In this document: one piece after another, positions 30,897 to 41,997 of the stretch
How the letters are laid out: every line of letters begins with the position of its first letter
How positions within the stretch are numbered: position 1 is the first letter of the stretch
NCBI GenBank assembly: GCA_965215125.1
Contig: OZ244052.1
Span: forward strand, 800,001 to 864,000
DNA: 64,000 nt
From: an uncultured candidatus Porisulfidus sp.
GTDB taxonomy: Bacteria > Pseudomonadota > Gammaproteobacteria > Poriferisulfidales > Oxydemutatoraceae
Direction of reading: 5' to 3'
Notes under the pieces: model-generated
The model's input: only the letters and a program-made list of their open reading frames with translations
What the model was told of the DNA's origin: nothing
Database searches by the model: none
Made by a program: the position numbers and the translations under genes

Positions 30897-31907
30897 CTAG
30901 ATATGCTCGTATAGTTCGTCAAAAATCACTTTCATCGGAGGGCGTTCTCCCATTGGGAGACGCGTTGCGGTTGTTAGTGGTTGCAGTTCTCCTTCGTCGT
31001 TGCGCACGGCAACCAAATAACGAAACGGGTGCCTGCCCCCTGCCACGAAACGTAAATCAACCCATCTGACACCTTCGGTGTCCTCTTCATAACGATAAAA
31101 TCCTTTGGAAAAGCTAATCAGTTTGGCTAAATCGGAACCGGGGGTGGCAAATGCATTCAGTTTCTCTCGTTCCGGGTAGGCTATGGTTTGATTGAACACT
31201 ATAGGTTTATTCGGACTCACTATCGAATACCAGGCATTAAGGTTTGCATCTTCGGTGATCACCACAGCCCTCCAGATTAGGATATTAAAAGGTGAATTAA
31301 AGGTTTTTAGTTGCTGATAATCGATCTCCTGCCGATCTAGTGCAGTCTCGAAGCGGTGGTTTGCGTAAGTCTTAAATACGATTGCCATCATTATATACAA
31401 AGAGGTCAGTGTGGCTATTGAGAGCAAAACATGGCGGCGATGCCCGACAGGTGCCTTTGATAGAGCAAAGTATGCGAGCCCGCCAATCAAAGGGATGGTA
31501 TAAAAAGGGTCTATGATGAATAAGCTCGACAACGCATAAGGATAACGGCTGAACGGATAAAAGATTTGCGTGCCGTAGACCGTCACCAAGTCCAGAATGA
31601 TATGCGTCGTAAAACACCAAAAGAACAACCAAAACCATTGCTTGGCGGATAATGCGGTTCGCGGCGCAAGCCACACAAACAGTCTAGAGAACAAATAGGC
31701 GGCAAAAGGAACGACGATAAACGAGTGCGTCACACCTCTGTGGGAAACCAGTCTGCTTACATCGTCGGTAAAAAAGCTGTAGATGATATCCAAATCGGGA
31801 AGCGTGCCGGCCAATGCGCCCCAAAGCAATACTTTTTTAGAGGTCTGCTTGCCGGCACTAATACCGGCAACCGTGGCACCTAGTGCCGCTTGTGTGATCG
31901 AGTCCAT
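30897..31907 (-). CDS. Inner-membrane metal-dependent hydrolase (YdjM/DUF457 family)
   Basis: MDSITQAALGA, LPDLD, HRGVTHS, HIILD..T.YGT and IIDPFYT. Confidence 0.9.
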   Translation of the reverse strand: MDSITQAALGATVAGISAGKQTSKKVLLWGALAGTLPDLDIIYSFFTDDVSRLVSHRGVTHSFIVVPFAAYLFSRLFVWLAPRTALSAKQWFWLFFWCFTTHIILDLVTVYGTQIFYPFSRYPYALSSLFIIDPFYTIPLIGGLAYFALSKAPVGHRRHVLLSIATLTSLYIMMAIVFKTYANHRFETALDRQEIDYQQLKTFNSPFNILIWRAVVITEDANLNAWYSIVSPNKPIVFNQTIAYPEREKLNAFATPGSDLAKLISFSKGFYRYEEDTEGVRWVDLRFVAGGRHPFRYLVAVRNDEGELQPLTTATRLPMGERPPMKVIFDELYEHI

Positions 31908-31982
31908 TAAAAAGAAAAATTGAGGTCTATATTATTCGGTAAAGTATATAATCTTTTATCTAGTCTTGAAACACAGTGGCAC

Positions 31983-32879
31983 TCATAGTTTTCGGGGACT
32001 ATACTTTATGTATTTTGTTATAGCAGAAACACAAGGTGGCACAAGAATACCTAAGTCTATTTCCCCACTTTCATATAATTTGTAAGGTATATAATCTATA
32101 CAAATGTCATGCTGCAATGCTACTTCTCTCCATTTGGTTGTTGCAGAGGGTGTCAGCACATACGCCATACCCGAAGCTATTCTTTCATTCAATAAACTGG
32201 GTTTGGCAATATAGTGTTTGGACTTGGTTTTATGCCAAGATGATTTTTCCATCTCGGGTATTGCTCCTATTTCAAAATACCAATTATACGGGATGTGTAG
32301 TCTGAAAAGTACTTGAAAGTAAGTATATACTCTTTTCAGAATCATTAGACGTACAAAATACGAGTTTAATTTTAATTTTGGATAGTATTTTTTATGGTAT
32401 ATCAATTTGTATAAATAACTTAAGGAGTCACCGTAAAAAAATGGAACACTGGGGGGTGCTATCAAAGCTCGCAATTTATCGGACACATGAGAAAGCAACA
32501 ATATGTCCAAAGAGAGGTCTTGGAAAAGTTGAATACTGCTGAGTATTTGAGGAAAAGTTGGCCTTAAATAACCGTCATCTTCTAATACGCAAGCTAACGG
32601 AACCTTATGCTGTATTATCAAGTTGTAGATTTTGAGATGGCTTAATTGAACTGCTAATCGGACACCGGCACGACTATTATATAAATGTTCCATTTGGGAT
32701 TCATCAATACTTAATTGATGGGCAGTTCGTGCACGATACTCTTTAGAATGTAGCTCAAGTTTATCAACGCCATCTATAAATTGATAATCTAAACCGAATG
32801 CATCTAATTGCCTTTGCATATTTAGCCTTCTTTCAGGCGTGCGCTTCAAGCTGATGATATAAATAGGAGGTAAAGACAT
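31983..32879 (-). CDS. Glycosyltransferase family 25
   Basis: IYIISLKRTPERR, FIDGVD, LSHLKIY, VLEDD, AYVLTPSA and ID. AT-rich. Confidence 0.88.
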   Translation of the reverse strand: MSLPPIYIISLKRTPERRLNMQRQLDAFGLDYQFIDGVDKLELHSKEYRARTAHQLSIDESQMEHLYNSRAGVRLAVQLSHLKIYNLIIQHKVPLACVLEDDGYLRPTFPQILSSIQLFQDLSLDILLLSHVSDKLRALIAPPSVPFFYGDSLSYLYKLIYHKKYYPKLKLNSYFVRLMILKRVYTYFQVLFRLHIPYNWYFEIGAIPEMEKSSWHKTKSKHYIAKPSLLNERIASGMAYVLTPSATTKWREVALQHDICIDYIPYKLYESGEIDLGILVPPCVSAITKYIKYSPRKL

Positions 32880-33064
32880 ACTCTATAGAAATTTAAATAC
32901 AAACGATAAAAAAAATTTTTAGTCCTAGGCTGCACAATACCAAACGGTAAACACGGCTAAAATCCTTAATATTTTTCATAAAATGACTTTATGCTCTATT
33001 ATAGTTTATACTATAATTCCTCTCGCAAGATATTCCGAACAACTATAACCTTATATGAATAGCT

Positions 33065-35407
33065 ATGGCTGAGAATCTTTTAATCGTAGAATCCCCCGCT
33101 AAGTCCAAGACCATTAAAAAGTATCTTGGACCCAACTTTGAGGTAATGGCATCGTACGGTCATGTCAGGGATCTGGTATCCCAGGAAGGCGCGGTAGACC
33201 CGAGCAATAATTTTGCTATGAACTATCAAGTTATCAAAGATAGTGTCAAACATGTACGTAAAATAGAACAGACCTTAAAGAAATCTAAAAATCTTTATTT
33301 GGCAACCGACCCGGATCGTGAAGGCGAGGCAATTTCATGGCATCTTTACGAGATACTGAAAGAGAAAGGAATAATCAAAGACAAGGGGGTGTATCGCGTG
33401 GTGTTCCATGAGATTACACAGCGAGCCGTTTCCGATGCAATTGCAAATCCTCGCCAACTATCGGATGATTTAGTTAATGCACAACAGGCGCGGCGAGCTT
33501 TGGATCACCTAGTCGGCTTCAATCTGTCACCGCTTTTATGGCGTAAAGTGCAACAAGGGCTTTCCGCCGGGCGTGTGCAGAGCCCCGCACTTCGCCTATT
33601 GGTAGAGCGAGAAGAGGAGATAGAAAAATTTAAGGCGCAAGAATATTGGACCCTGGAGGCACTCTCCGAAAAAGAAAACACGCCTTTTAATGCCAAGTTA
33701 TTCGAACTGGAAGGTCAAAAGCTCAAACAATTTGATATCAACAACGAAGAACAGGCAAATAAAATACGCGAAACCATTCTTGAAAAAGCACAAGACCGTT
33801 TGAAAGTTACCCGTTGCGAAAAAAAGCAACGCAAACGATACCCGTCGCCGCCTTTTATTACCTCTACACTACAACAAGAAAGCGTACGCAAATTATATTT
33901 TTCGTCGTCGCGCACGATGCGTATCGCACAGCAGTTATACGAAGGCATTGATTTAGGTTCCGGGCCTGTAGGGTTAATCAGTTATATGCGCACCGATTCG
34001 GTAACGCTTGCGGAGGAGGCGGTTGCCGAGCTGCGTGCCTACATCAAGTCGCAATTCGGTGCAGATAGGCTACCGCCTAAAGCCGTGAAGTACAAAACCA
34101 AATCAAAAAATGCACAGGAAGCGCACGAAGCCATCCGCCCGACTTCGGTAAAACGCACACCCGAACAAGTCAAAGCCTATTTGAATAACGACCAATATAA
34201 GTTGTACGACTTGATCTGGAAAAGGACAGTTGCATGTCAAATGATTCATGCGACTTTAGATACTGTCACCGCCGACTTGTCGTGTCAAGAATACTGCATC
34301 TTTAGAGCGACCGGTTCTACTATCAAAGACCCGGGATTTATGTCCGTCTACACCGAGGACAGCGACAAAAACAACGATGCGAAAAACGGCAAAACAGTTT
34401 CTACAACAGAGAAGAAACTGCCACCGTTGAACGAAGGAGAAGAAGTGCCGTTGAAAGAATTAACCGCATCGCAGCATTTTACCGAACCACCGCCCCGCTA
34501 CAGTGAAGCATCGCTGATAAAAACACTGGAGGAATACGGAATAGGACGTCCCTCTACTTACGCAAGTATCATTTCTACGCTACAATATCGGAACTATGCA
34601 ACTCTGGAAAAACGTCGTTTTTATCCTACATCTACGGGACGGATCGTCAGCAAGTTTCTGACCAATCATTTCTCACATTATGTAGATTATGATTTTACGG
34701 CAAACTTGGAAAATGTTTTGGATGAGATATCACGAGGTGAAAAGACATGGATTCCGGTACTCAAAGAATTTTGGCAACCCTTCAAGCAACTAGTGGACGA
34801 AAAAAAAGATACGGTAACAAAAGCCGAAGCAGCAAATGAACGTGTTTTGGGGACCGATCCCAAAACCAACAAGCCGGTGAGTGCGCGTTACGGGCGTTAT
34901 GGTCCCTATGTTCAAATAGGCACCAAAGACGACGAAGAAAAACCACGTTTTGCATCGCTTAGACAGGGACAAAAAATAGAGACGATTAGTTTTGAAGAAG
35001 CGATGGAATTGTTCAAACTCCCTCGTGATTTGGGTGAAACTCCGGACGGAGAGCCGGTGTCGGCAGGGATCGGGAGATACGGACCGTTTATTAAGTACGG
35101 CAAAAAGTATGTCTCTCTCAAGGAGGACGATCCGCATGAGATTGATCTTGAACGCGCATTGGTCGTCATTACGGAGAAAAAACAAGCCGATACAGAAAAA
35201 ATTATTGCAGACTTTCCCGAACACAATATACAGGTATTAAACGGACGCTATGGACCTTATGTTAGCGACGGTTCTAAAAACGCCAAAATACCCAAAGAAC
35301 AAGAACCGTCTACTTTGACCTTGGAACAATGTTTGGAACTCATAGCTAAAGCACCCGAGAAACGCAAGCGAGCACCGGCAAAGAAAAAATCACAAGCTAA
35401 AACATAG
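33065..35407 (+). CDS. topA: DNA topoisomerase I
   Basis: IVESPAK, ATDPDREGEAI, SAGRVQS, YMRTDS and GIGRPSTYA. C-terminal GRYGP repeats. Confidence 0.98.
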   Translation: MAENLLIVESPAKSKTIKKYLGPNFEVMASYGHVRDLVSQEGAVDPSNNFAMNYQVIKDSVKHVRKIEQTLKKSKNLYLATDPDREGEAISWHLYEILKEKGIIKDKGVYRVVFHEITQRAVSDAIANPRQLSDDLVNAQQARRALDHLVGFNLSPLLWRKVQQGLSAGRVQSPALRLLVEREEEIEKFKAQEYWTLEALSEKENTPFNAKLFELEGQKLKQFDINNEEQANKIRETILEKAQDRLKVTRCEKKQRKRYPSPPFITSTLQQESVRKLYFSSSRTMRIAQQLYEGIDLGSGPVGLISYMRTDSVTLAEEAVAELRAYIKSQFGADRLPPKAVKYKTKSKNAQEAHEAIRPTSVKRTPEQVKAYLNNDQYKLYDLIWKRTVACQMIHATLDTVTADLSCQEYCIFRATGSTIKDPGFMSVYTEDSDKNNDAKNGKTVSTTEKKLPPLNEGEEVPLKELTASQHFTEPPPRYSEASLIKTLEEYGIGRPSTYASIISTLQYRNYATLEKRRFYPTSTGRIVSKFLTNHFSHYVDYDFTANLENVLDEISRGEKTWIPVLKEFWQPFKQLVDEKKDTVTKAEAANERVLGTDPKTNKPVSARYGRYGPYVQIGTKDDEEKPRFASLRQGQKIETISFEEAMELFKLPRDLGETPDGEPVSAGIGRYGPFIKYGKKYVSLKEDDPHEIDLERALVVITEKKQADTEKIIADFPEHNIQVLNGRYGPYVSDGSKNAKIPKEQEPSTLTLEQCLELIAKAPEKRKRAPAKKKSQAKT

Positions 35408-36448
35408 GTGGTCATCTCGGATCGTTTATTGAAATGGTATGCCCGTTCCGGGCGAACCGATTTGCCTTGGCAACGCAAGGTGTCGGCTTATCGGGTATGG
35501 GTCTCCGAAATCATGCTCCAACAAACGCAGGTGCAAACGGTCATACCGTATTATCGTCGCTTCATCGGTCGTTTCCCGAGTCTCAAATCGTTAGCCGATG
35601 CGCCTTTGTCCGAAGTCATCGAACACTGGGCAGGGTTGGGATACTATGCGCGTGCCAGAAATCTACACCGCACGGCGCGCCTGATAAGAAAACATCACGG
35701 CGGTCGTTTTCCGAAAGATAAAAATACTTTGATGGAATTGCCGGGTATCGGTCGTTCTACCGCAGGTGCAATCCTAGCACTTAGTTATAATCAAAGGCAT
35801 CCCATTTTAGACGGCAATGTCAAACGCGTACTCGCCCGTCATGCCGATATTGCAGGCTGGCCGGGAGAGGCATCGGTGAACCGTGCTCTGTGGGAGCAAG
35901 CGGAGAAATACTTGCCGAAGCAAAACATAGCACAATATACTCAAGCACTGATGGATTTGGGGGCCATGATATGCACGAAAACACAACCTCAATGCGCACT
36001 TTGCCCAATCTCGGCGGATTGCCTTGCCAGAAAAGCCGGGTGTATAGCCGAACGCCCTCGGCCACCACCGACAAAAATAAAACCACAACGCCATGTATTT
36101 ATGCTAATGGCAATATACAGAGACCGTCTTTTGCTTGAGCGCAGACCGATGTCGGGGATATGGGGTGGATTATTGAGCTTCCCGGAGATGGGTAGCGAAA
36201 AGGAAGCCAAAGCATGGTGTCAAAGACGGCTCGGACACATTCGGAACGCAAGGTGTCTGCCGTCGTTCAAACATCAATTTACCCATTTCTCGTTGACCAT
36301 AACGCCTTTAGAAGCAAGGCTTTCAAAAATTCATTCACAAATAAACGAGGAAAATCATCTTGTTTGGTGTAAACTTTTATCCTCAATCAACGGTGTGCCT
36401 GCACCCGTTAAGAAGCTGATAACACAACTGCAAAAAACTAACATATAG
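35408..36448 (+). CDS. mutY: A/G-specific adenine glycosylase
   Basis: VSEIMLQQTQV, LGYYARARNL, LPGIGRSTAGAI, DGNVKRV and an Fe-S Cys cluster. Confidence 0.97.
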   Translation: MVISDRLLKWYARSGRTDLPWQRKVSAYRVWVSEIMLQQTQVQTVIPYYRRFIGRFPSLKSLADAPLSEVIEHWAGLGYYARARNLHRTARLIRKHHGGRFPKDKNTLMELPGIGRSTAGAILALSYNQRHPILDGNVKRVLARHADIAGWPGEASVNRALWEQAEKYLPKQNIAQYTQALMDLGAMICTKTQPQCALCPISADCLARKAGCIAERPRPPPTKIKPQRHVFMLMAIYRDRLLLERRPMSGIWGGLLSFPEMGSEKEAKAWCQRRLGHIRNARCLPSFKHQFTHFSLTITPLEARLSKIHSQINEENHLVWCKLLSSINGVPAPVKKLITQLQKTNI

Positions 36449-36451
36449 ACG

Positions 36452-36724
36452 ATGACCCGCAAAGTTCACTGTTTGAAACTCGGAAAAGAAGCCGAAGGCT
36501 TGGATTATGTACCCTATCCCGGTGAACTCGGACAACGTGTTTATGATAATATCAGCGCGCAAGTATGGCAGCAATGGGTCGACCATCAAACTATGCTGAT
36601 CAACGAGTACCGCCTCACCCCGATGGAACCTAAAGCACGCAAATTCCTCGAGGATGAGATGGAGAAATTTCTGTTCGGCGAAGGCTCCGAAAAACCCAAG
36701 GAGTTTGTCGACCCGAACGAATAG
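36452..36724 (+). CDS. yggX: Fe(II)-trafficking / oxidative damage protection protein
   Basis: R.V.C..L.KEAEGL..PYPGELG and [12 protein letters not shown]. Follows mutY. Confidence 0.96.
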   Translation: MTRKVHCLKLGKEAEGLDYVPYPGELGQRVYDNISAQVWQQWVDHQTMLINEYRLTPMEPKARKFLEDEMEKFLFGEGSEKPKEFVDPNE

Positions 36725-36769
36725 TCGTCTCGGACGATGATGCTAAATAATCGGCAACTATAACGGCAC

Positions 36770-36845
<76 letters not shown>

Positions 36846-36912
36846 TCGTTGTGAAACCCGTTTGCGACTATTCGACCCGGTGCATTTATAGACTATAAAA
36901 TGAAGTAAGGAA

Positions 36913-39609
36913 ATGGCAACAAAACTAGTATTGGTAGACGGCACCGCTTATCTATATCGTGCGTATCACGCACTGCCACCTTTAACCGGGCCTGCAGGAC
37001 AACCGATCGGGGCGGTCTTCGGCGTAGGGAAAATGTTAAAAGCACTGATTAGGCAAGAGACGCCCGATTATTTTGCGGTCGTGCTCGATGCGCACGGCAA
37101 AACCTTCAGACACGAGCTATACCCTCCGTATAAAGCACAAAGGCCACCGGCACCGGAGGATTTGATTGCCCAATCGGACACTTTGAAACACCTTATCAAC
37201 GAGCAAGGTTACCCGCTATTGGAAGTCCCCGGTGTAGAGGCGGACGATGTCATCGGTACGCTGGCTCGCAGTGCCGAGGCGGCAGGTTGGGAGGTGCTGA
37301 TCTCTACCGGCGATAAAGATATGGCTCAGTTGATCTCCGAGCGTATTACGCTAGTTGATACGATGAAGAATCAACGCATCGACTCCGATGCAATACAAAA
37401 GAAATTCGGTGTGCTACCGGAGCAGATGATCGACTACCTAGCCTTGGCAGGAGACAGTGCCGACAATATCCCCGGAGTTGTCGGTGTCGGACCTAAAACC
37501 GCGGCGAAGTGGCTTTGCGAATATCAAAACCTAGACGAAGTTATTGCACACGCAGACTCTATCACCGGCAAGGGCGGCAAAGCCCTACAAGATGCACTGC
37601 CCAAGCTACCTCTTTATAAAGATTTGGTGACCATACGCTGCGATATAACGCTGGACCACACGATTGACCAGTTAAAAATTACCGCACCCGCACCTGAGCG
37701 GTTAATCGCTTTCTATCGTGAATACGGATTTACCCAATGGCTCAAAGAAGAAACCGACGAAGCTGCCGACACGGTCGCCGAGCCAAGCACACCGATCGAA
37801 CAGCCTAAATATCAACTGATTTTGACGCAAGACACATTGGATTATTGGCTGGAAAAACTAAAGTCGGCAGACTGCTTTGCACTCGATATAGAAACGACAA
37901 GTCTGGACTATATGCAAGCGCAGATCGTGGGATTATCGTTTGCGGTTGCTGCCGGCGAAGCTGCATATCTGCCTGTGGCACACGATTATTGTGGTGCGCC
38001 TAAGCAGTTGTCCATAGATTTGGTCTTAGCGCAGCTGCGTCCTTTATTGGAAGATCGAAAGATCGGCAAATTAGGACACAACCTTAAATACGATATGGAA
38101 GTACTGCTGAACTACGACATTCGCTTGCAAGGCATCAGACACGATTCTATGTTGGAATCGTACGCCTATAATTCGGTTGCGAGCAGGCATAACCTAAAAG
38201 AGCTCGCATACAAATACCTCAATATTCGGATGCAAACATACGAGGATATTACCGGCAAAGGTGTCAAGCAAAGACCATTTGTTCAGATCGCAGTGAGAAC
38301 CGCCGCCGAATACGCCTCAGCCGATGCCGATTATAGCTTGCAACTACATGAATATTTTCATCCTCGCTTGAAAAAAACCTTACCGTTGCTCAAGGTCTAC
38401 GAGGAAATAGAAATGCCGTTGTTGCCGGTCATCGCCGAGATAGAACGCACCGGCGTGCTGATCGATGCCGACCGTTTGTCCGAACACAGCCGTGAATTGC
38501 AAGAAGCAATCTCTCAAACCGAACAACAAATTTATCAACTGGCAGGACACGATTTTAATATCGCCTCACCCAAACAAATACAAACCGTGCTGTTCGACGA
38601 AGCGGAACTGCCGGTGATTAGCAAAACCCCCAAGGGTCAAGCCTCTACCTCCGAAGACGTGCTACAAGAACTCGCCCACGACCATGAACTCCCGAGATTG
38701 ATCTTGCACCATCGCTCGCTCAGCAAACTAAAATCAACCTACACCGACAAACTACCGCAGCTGATCAATGCCGAGACCGGGCGGGTACACACCTCTTATC
38801 ACCAAGCGGTTACCTCAACCGGACGCTTATCGTCGTCCGACCCCAACCTGCAAAACATTCCTATCAGAACCGCCGAAGGACGGCGCATACGCCAAGCCTT
38901 TATCGCCCGCAAAGGCTATTGCCTCATCGCCGCAGACTACTCGCAGATAGAAATGCGCATCATGGCACATGTATCCCAAGACCCGGGTCTATTGAATGTA
39001 TTCCAAAAAGGTATGGATATGCACCGCGCAACCGCTGCCGAGGTCTTCGGTTGCAAACCGGAGGCAGTCGATGACGAGCAACGACGCATTGCCAAAGCCA
39101 TAAACTTCGGACTGATTTACGGAATGTCGGCATTCGGTCTCGCAAGACAACTCAATATAGATAATAGAGAAGCGGCGGATTATGTGAAAACCTATTTTGA
39201 GCGGTTTGCCGGTGTGCGGACCTATATGGACGACACGCGTGAACAAGCGCGCAAACAAGGTTATGTGGAAACCATCATCGGTCGGCGGTTGTATTTGCCG
39301 GAAATCAACGCCAAGGATGCTCGCCGTAGACGCTACGCCGAGCGCACCGCAATCAATGCGCCGATGCAAGGGTCGGCTGCCGATATTATCAAACGAGCGA
39401 TGATACGCATTGCCGAACAATTCAAGGACGACCCGAACGATGCGGTGATGATTATGCAGGTACACGACGAGCTAATTATAGAAGTGGCAGAACCGCATGC
39501 CGACGATGTAATGAACAAATGCTGTGCCTTGATGGAGTCGGCGGTGGAACTTTCGGTGCCGCTAAAAGTCAACGCGAGTATCGGCAATAATTGGGACGAG
39601 GCGCACTGA
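36913..39609 (+). CDS. polA: DNA polymerase I
   Basis: 5'-3' exonuclease (EADDVIGTL), 3'-5' exonuclease (DIETT) and polymerase motifs (ADYSQIEMR, AKAINFGLIYG, QVHDEL). Confidence 0.99.
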   Translation: MATKLVLVDGTAYLYRAYHALPPLTGPAGQPIGAVFGVGKMLKALIRQETPDYFAVVLDAHGKTFRHELYPPYKAQRPPAPEDLIAQSDTLKHLINEQGYPLLEVPGVEADDVIGTLARSAEAAGWEVLISTGDKDMAQLISERITLVDTMKNQRIDSDAIQKKFGVLPEQMIDYLALAGDSADNIPGVVGVGPKTAAKWLCEYQNLDEVIAHADSITGKGGKALQDALPKLPLYKDLVTIRCDITLDHTIDQLKITAPAPERLIAFYREYGFTQWLKEETDEAADTVAEPSTPIEQPKYQLILTQDTLDYWLEKLKSADCFALDIETTSLDYMQAQIVGLSFAVAAGEAAYLPVAHDYCGAPKQLSIDLVLAQLRPLLEDRKIGKLGHNLKYDMEVLLNYDIRLQGIRHDSMLESYAYNSVASRHNLKELAYKYLNIRMQTYEDITGKGVKQRPFVQIAVRTAAEYASADADYSLQLHEYFHPRLKKTLPLLKVYEEIEMPLLPVIAEIERTGVLIDADRLSEHSRELQEAISQTEQQIYQLAGHDFNIASPKQIQTVLFDEAELPVISKTPKGQASTSEDVLQELAHDHELPRLILHHRSLSKLKSTYTDKLPQLINAETGRVHTSYHQAVTSTGRLSSSDPNLQNIPIRTAEGRRIRQAFIARKGYCLIAADYSQIEMRIMAHVSQDPGLLNVFQKGMDMHRATAAEVFGCKPEAVDDEQRRIAKAINFGLIYGMSAFGLARQLNIDNREAADYVKTYFERFAGVRTYMDDTREQARKQGYVETIIGRRLYLPEINAKDARRRRYAERTAINAPMQGSAADIIKRAMIRIAEQFKDDPNDAVMIMQVHDELIIEVAEPHADDVMNKCCALMESAVELSVPLKVNASIGNNWDEAH

Positions 39610-39741
39610 CGGCTCTGCACCAGAACATTTTACTCACTGTACAGATGCGACATAAATAAGCAGATATTCTCAGGAAAGTAAATCAAGCAATAGGTATAAT
39701 AGTCGGTTATTAAAAGTACTCATACAGAAAAATTCATTTCC

Positions 39742-40518
39742 ATGATAATTTCCCACAAATTGCAAGTCATATTTATAAGACCAGTCAAGACTAGTGGTTC
39801 ATCATTTGAAACAGCACTAAAATATTATTGCGGTAAAGGTGATGTAGTTACAGATGATAAAAATTTTGTAAACTATTATAACGGTCATGATTTTACAAAC
39901 GGCCACATAAGTGCTTCTGATATCAAGCGTAAGATACCGAAGAATATTTGGGATAATTACCTTAAAATATCTATTGTCCGCTGTATTTACGATTCTATAA
40001 TTTCTTTATACTATTGGGAACATATTGGGCTTAAAAAACCTCAACCTGTAAACTTTAGAACATATGTTTTACTTTCAGGGAATAGACAAATAGAACGTAA
40101 TTTTAGAAGGCTTTGTGATGGTCAAAAATCTATCGTTGATTTTATTATTAGATATGAAAATGCAGACGAGGATATTACGGATTTAGAATGGAAAATAGGC
40201 TGTGTCGGCTTACTAAACAAATATAAATCTAGGTCTGAAAAAACAAGAATTCGTCCTCACGGACAAGATATCTTCAAAGTTTACTCTAAGTACCCGATAG
40301 CGAGAGAACTAGTAGATACGCACTTCACCGAAGCTATGGAACGAAATGAACTTATTCAAAAATACTACCCGCTGTACAAGGAAAGGTTGAGCCGAAAAAT
40401 TCCAGAACCGGGATATCTTCCCAGAAAAACGGCGAAACTACTATTCTCTTTATATAATTATTATCCGATACGAAGATTGTATTATAAAAAACGATCCCGT
40501 TTTGAGACTGTAATTTAA
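39742..40518 (+). CDS. Sulfotransferase-family (Sulfotransfer_2-like) protein; C-terminus altered by IS256
   Basis: MIISHK..IFI...KTSGSS (5'-PSB loop), H.....I......W..Y.K.SIVR..YD..ISLYYW and DFIIRYEN. AT-rich. Confidence 0.78.
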   Translation: MIISHKLQVIFIRPVKTSGSSFETALKYYCGKGDVVTDDKNFVNYYNGHDFTNGHISASDIKRKIPKNIWDNYLKISIVRCIYDSIISLYYWEHIGLKKPQPVNFRTYVLLSGNRQIERNFRRLCDGQKSIVDFIIRYENADEDITDLEWKIGCVGLLNKYKSRSEKTRIRPHGQDIFKVYSKYPIARELVDTHFTEAMERNELIQKYYPLYKERLSRKIPEPGYLPRKTAKLLFSLYNYYPIRRLYYKKRSRFETVI

Positions 40519-41819
40519 ATTGTGTAAGTTCTAATTAAGATAAACTAGGTGGCAACACCAAACTAATAAAGGAGAACTTATGAAAGATATAAAAAGCATC
40601 GGGAAAGAATTATCCCGTCATGTAAAGACCCAACAAGAGATGACCGATATCATCGGTCAGTTGATTAAGTCAATGATGGAAGGCATACTCAATGCGGAGC
40701 TGGACGACCATCTCGGCTATGAGAAAAACGACAAAGCATCCAAGCGTAGAAAGAATACCCGCAACGGGCATAGTGCCAAGACCTTAAAGACCAATTATGG
40801 GGATATAACGATACAGACACCGCGAGATCGGGAGGCGTCGTTTGAACCGATGATTGTGCCGAAAGGGAAAACCCGTTTAGACGGATTTGAGGATACGATA
40901 TTGGCACTCTATGCGCAAGGGATGACGGTGCGACAGATACAAGAGTCGATTAAAGAGTTGTATCATGGTGCGGAGATTTCTACTGCGGTTATCTCGAATG
41001 TCACCGATGCGGTGATAGACGAGGTGCGGACTTGGCAGAGCCGAGTGTTAGAGTGCCTCTATGTGGTGATGTATCTGGATTGCATCGTCGTCAAAGTGCG
41101 AGAGCAAGGCCGTATCATTAACAAGTCGATCTATGTTGCACTGGGCATAAAGCGCAGTGGACGCAAGGAATTACTCGGGTTGTGGATTGCCGAGACCGAA
41201 AGTGCTAAGTTCTGGTTAGCGATATTAACCGAGCTACAAAATCGGGGTGTGAAAGATATCTTGATCTGTTGCATAGATGGTCTGAAGGGTTTCGCAGAGG
41301 CGATTGCCAGCGTCTATCCGCAGGCAAAAATACAACTGTGTCTAGTCCACATGATGAGAAACTCGCTACGCTATGTTGCGACTAAAGATAAGAAAGCAGT
41401 CTCGGCAGCGTTAAAGAAGATATACAATAGTCCTACGGCGCAGGCTGCCGAGCAGGCGTTAGATGAGTTTGCCGATTGCTGGTCGGCAAAATATCCGAGT
41501 GTTGAGCGGTCGTGGCGCAATAACTGGGACAACCTGATTACGTTATTTGATTACCCGCCGGAGATTAGAAAAATTATCTATACAACGAATGCGATAGAAA
41601 GTCTCAATAGCGTGATTAGAAAATCCATCCGCAACCGGAAGATATTCCCGAGCGACCAATCGGCATTGAAAGTAGTTTATTTGGCAATCAAAAAAGCCTC
41701 TGCTCGCTGGACGCTGCCGATACGAAATTGGATACCGGCGATGAACCGATTAGCTATTGAATACGAAGGTAGATTTGATATTGAGGAAAACGAAGTTACA
41801 CAAAATAGTTAACAGGCTC
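40504..41819 (+). mobile_element. IS256-family insertion sequence, complete, 1316 bp
   Basis: Imperfect terminal IRs GAGACTGTAATTTAAATTGTGTAAGTT and GAGCCTGTTAACTATTTTGTGTAACTT (reverse complement). 8-bp target duplication CCCGTTTT at 40496-40503 and 41820-41827. Confidence 0.95.
40580..41812 (+). CDS. IS256-family transposase
   Basis: HLGYEK, RNG, PRDR..SFEP, DGLKGF, Q.C.VH..RN and IYTTNAIESLNS. Confidence 0.97.
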   Translation: MKDIKSIGKELSRHVKTQQEMTDIIGQLIKSMMEGILNAELDDHLGYEKNDKASKRRKNTRNGHSAKTLKTNYGDITIQTPRDREASFEPMIVPKGKTRLDGFEDTILALYAQGMTVRQIQESIKELYHGAEISTAVISNVTDAVIDEVRTWQSRVLECLYVVMYLDCIVVKVREQGRIINKSIYVALGIKRSGRKELLGLWIAETESAKFWLAILTELQNRGVKDILICCIDGLKGFAEAIASVYPQAKIQLCLVHMMRNSLRYVATKDKKAVSAALKKIYNSPTAQAAEQALDEFADCWSAKYPSVERSWRNNWDNLITLFDYPPEIRKIIYTTNAIESLNSVIRKSIRNRKIFPSDQSALKVVYLAIKKASARWTLPIRNWIPAMNRLAIEYEGRFDIEENEVTQNS

Positions 41820-41997
41820 CCCGTTTTGGTCCCATTCCTTTTTTAAACAACGAAGATAAGCTAGTCTGATACATTCTTGAAAACCGTTAGCCGGATAACA
41901 TAGTTACGTTCCCCCATTTGTCCAATATGTCATGGCATCGTACAGATTATTCTATAAATATGCTAATATACCAACTTGGTAATACTTGAGAGCTAAA

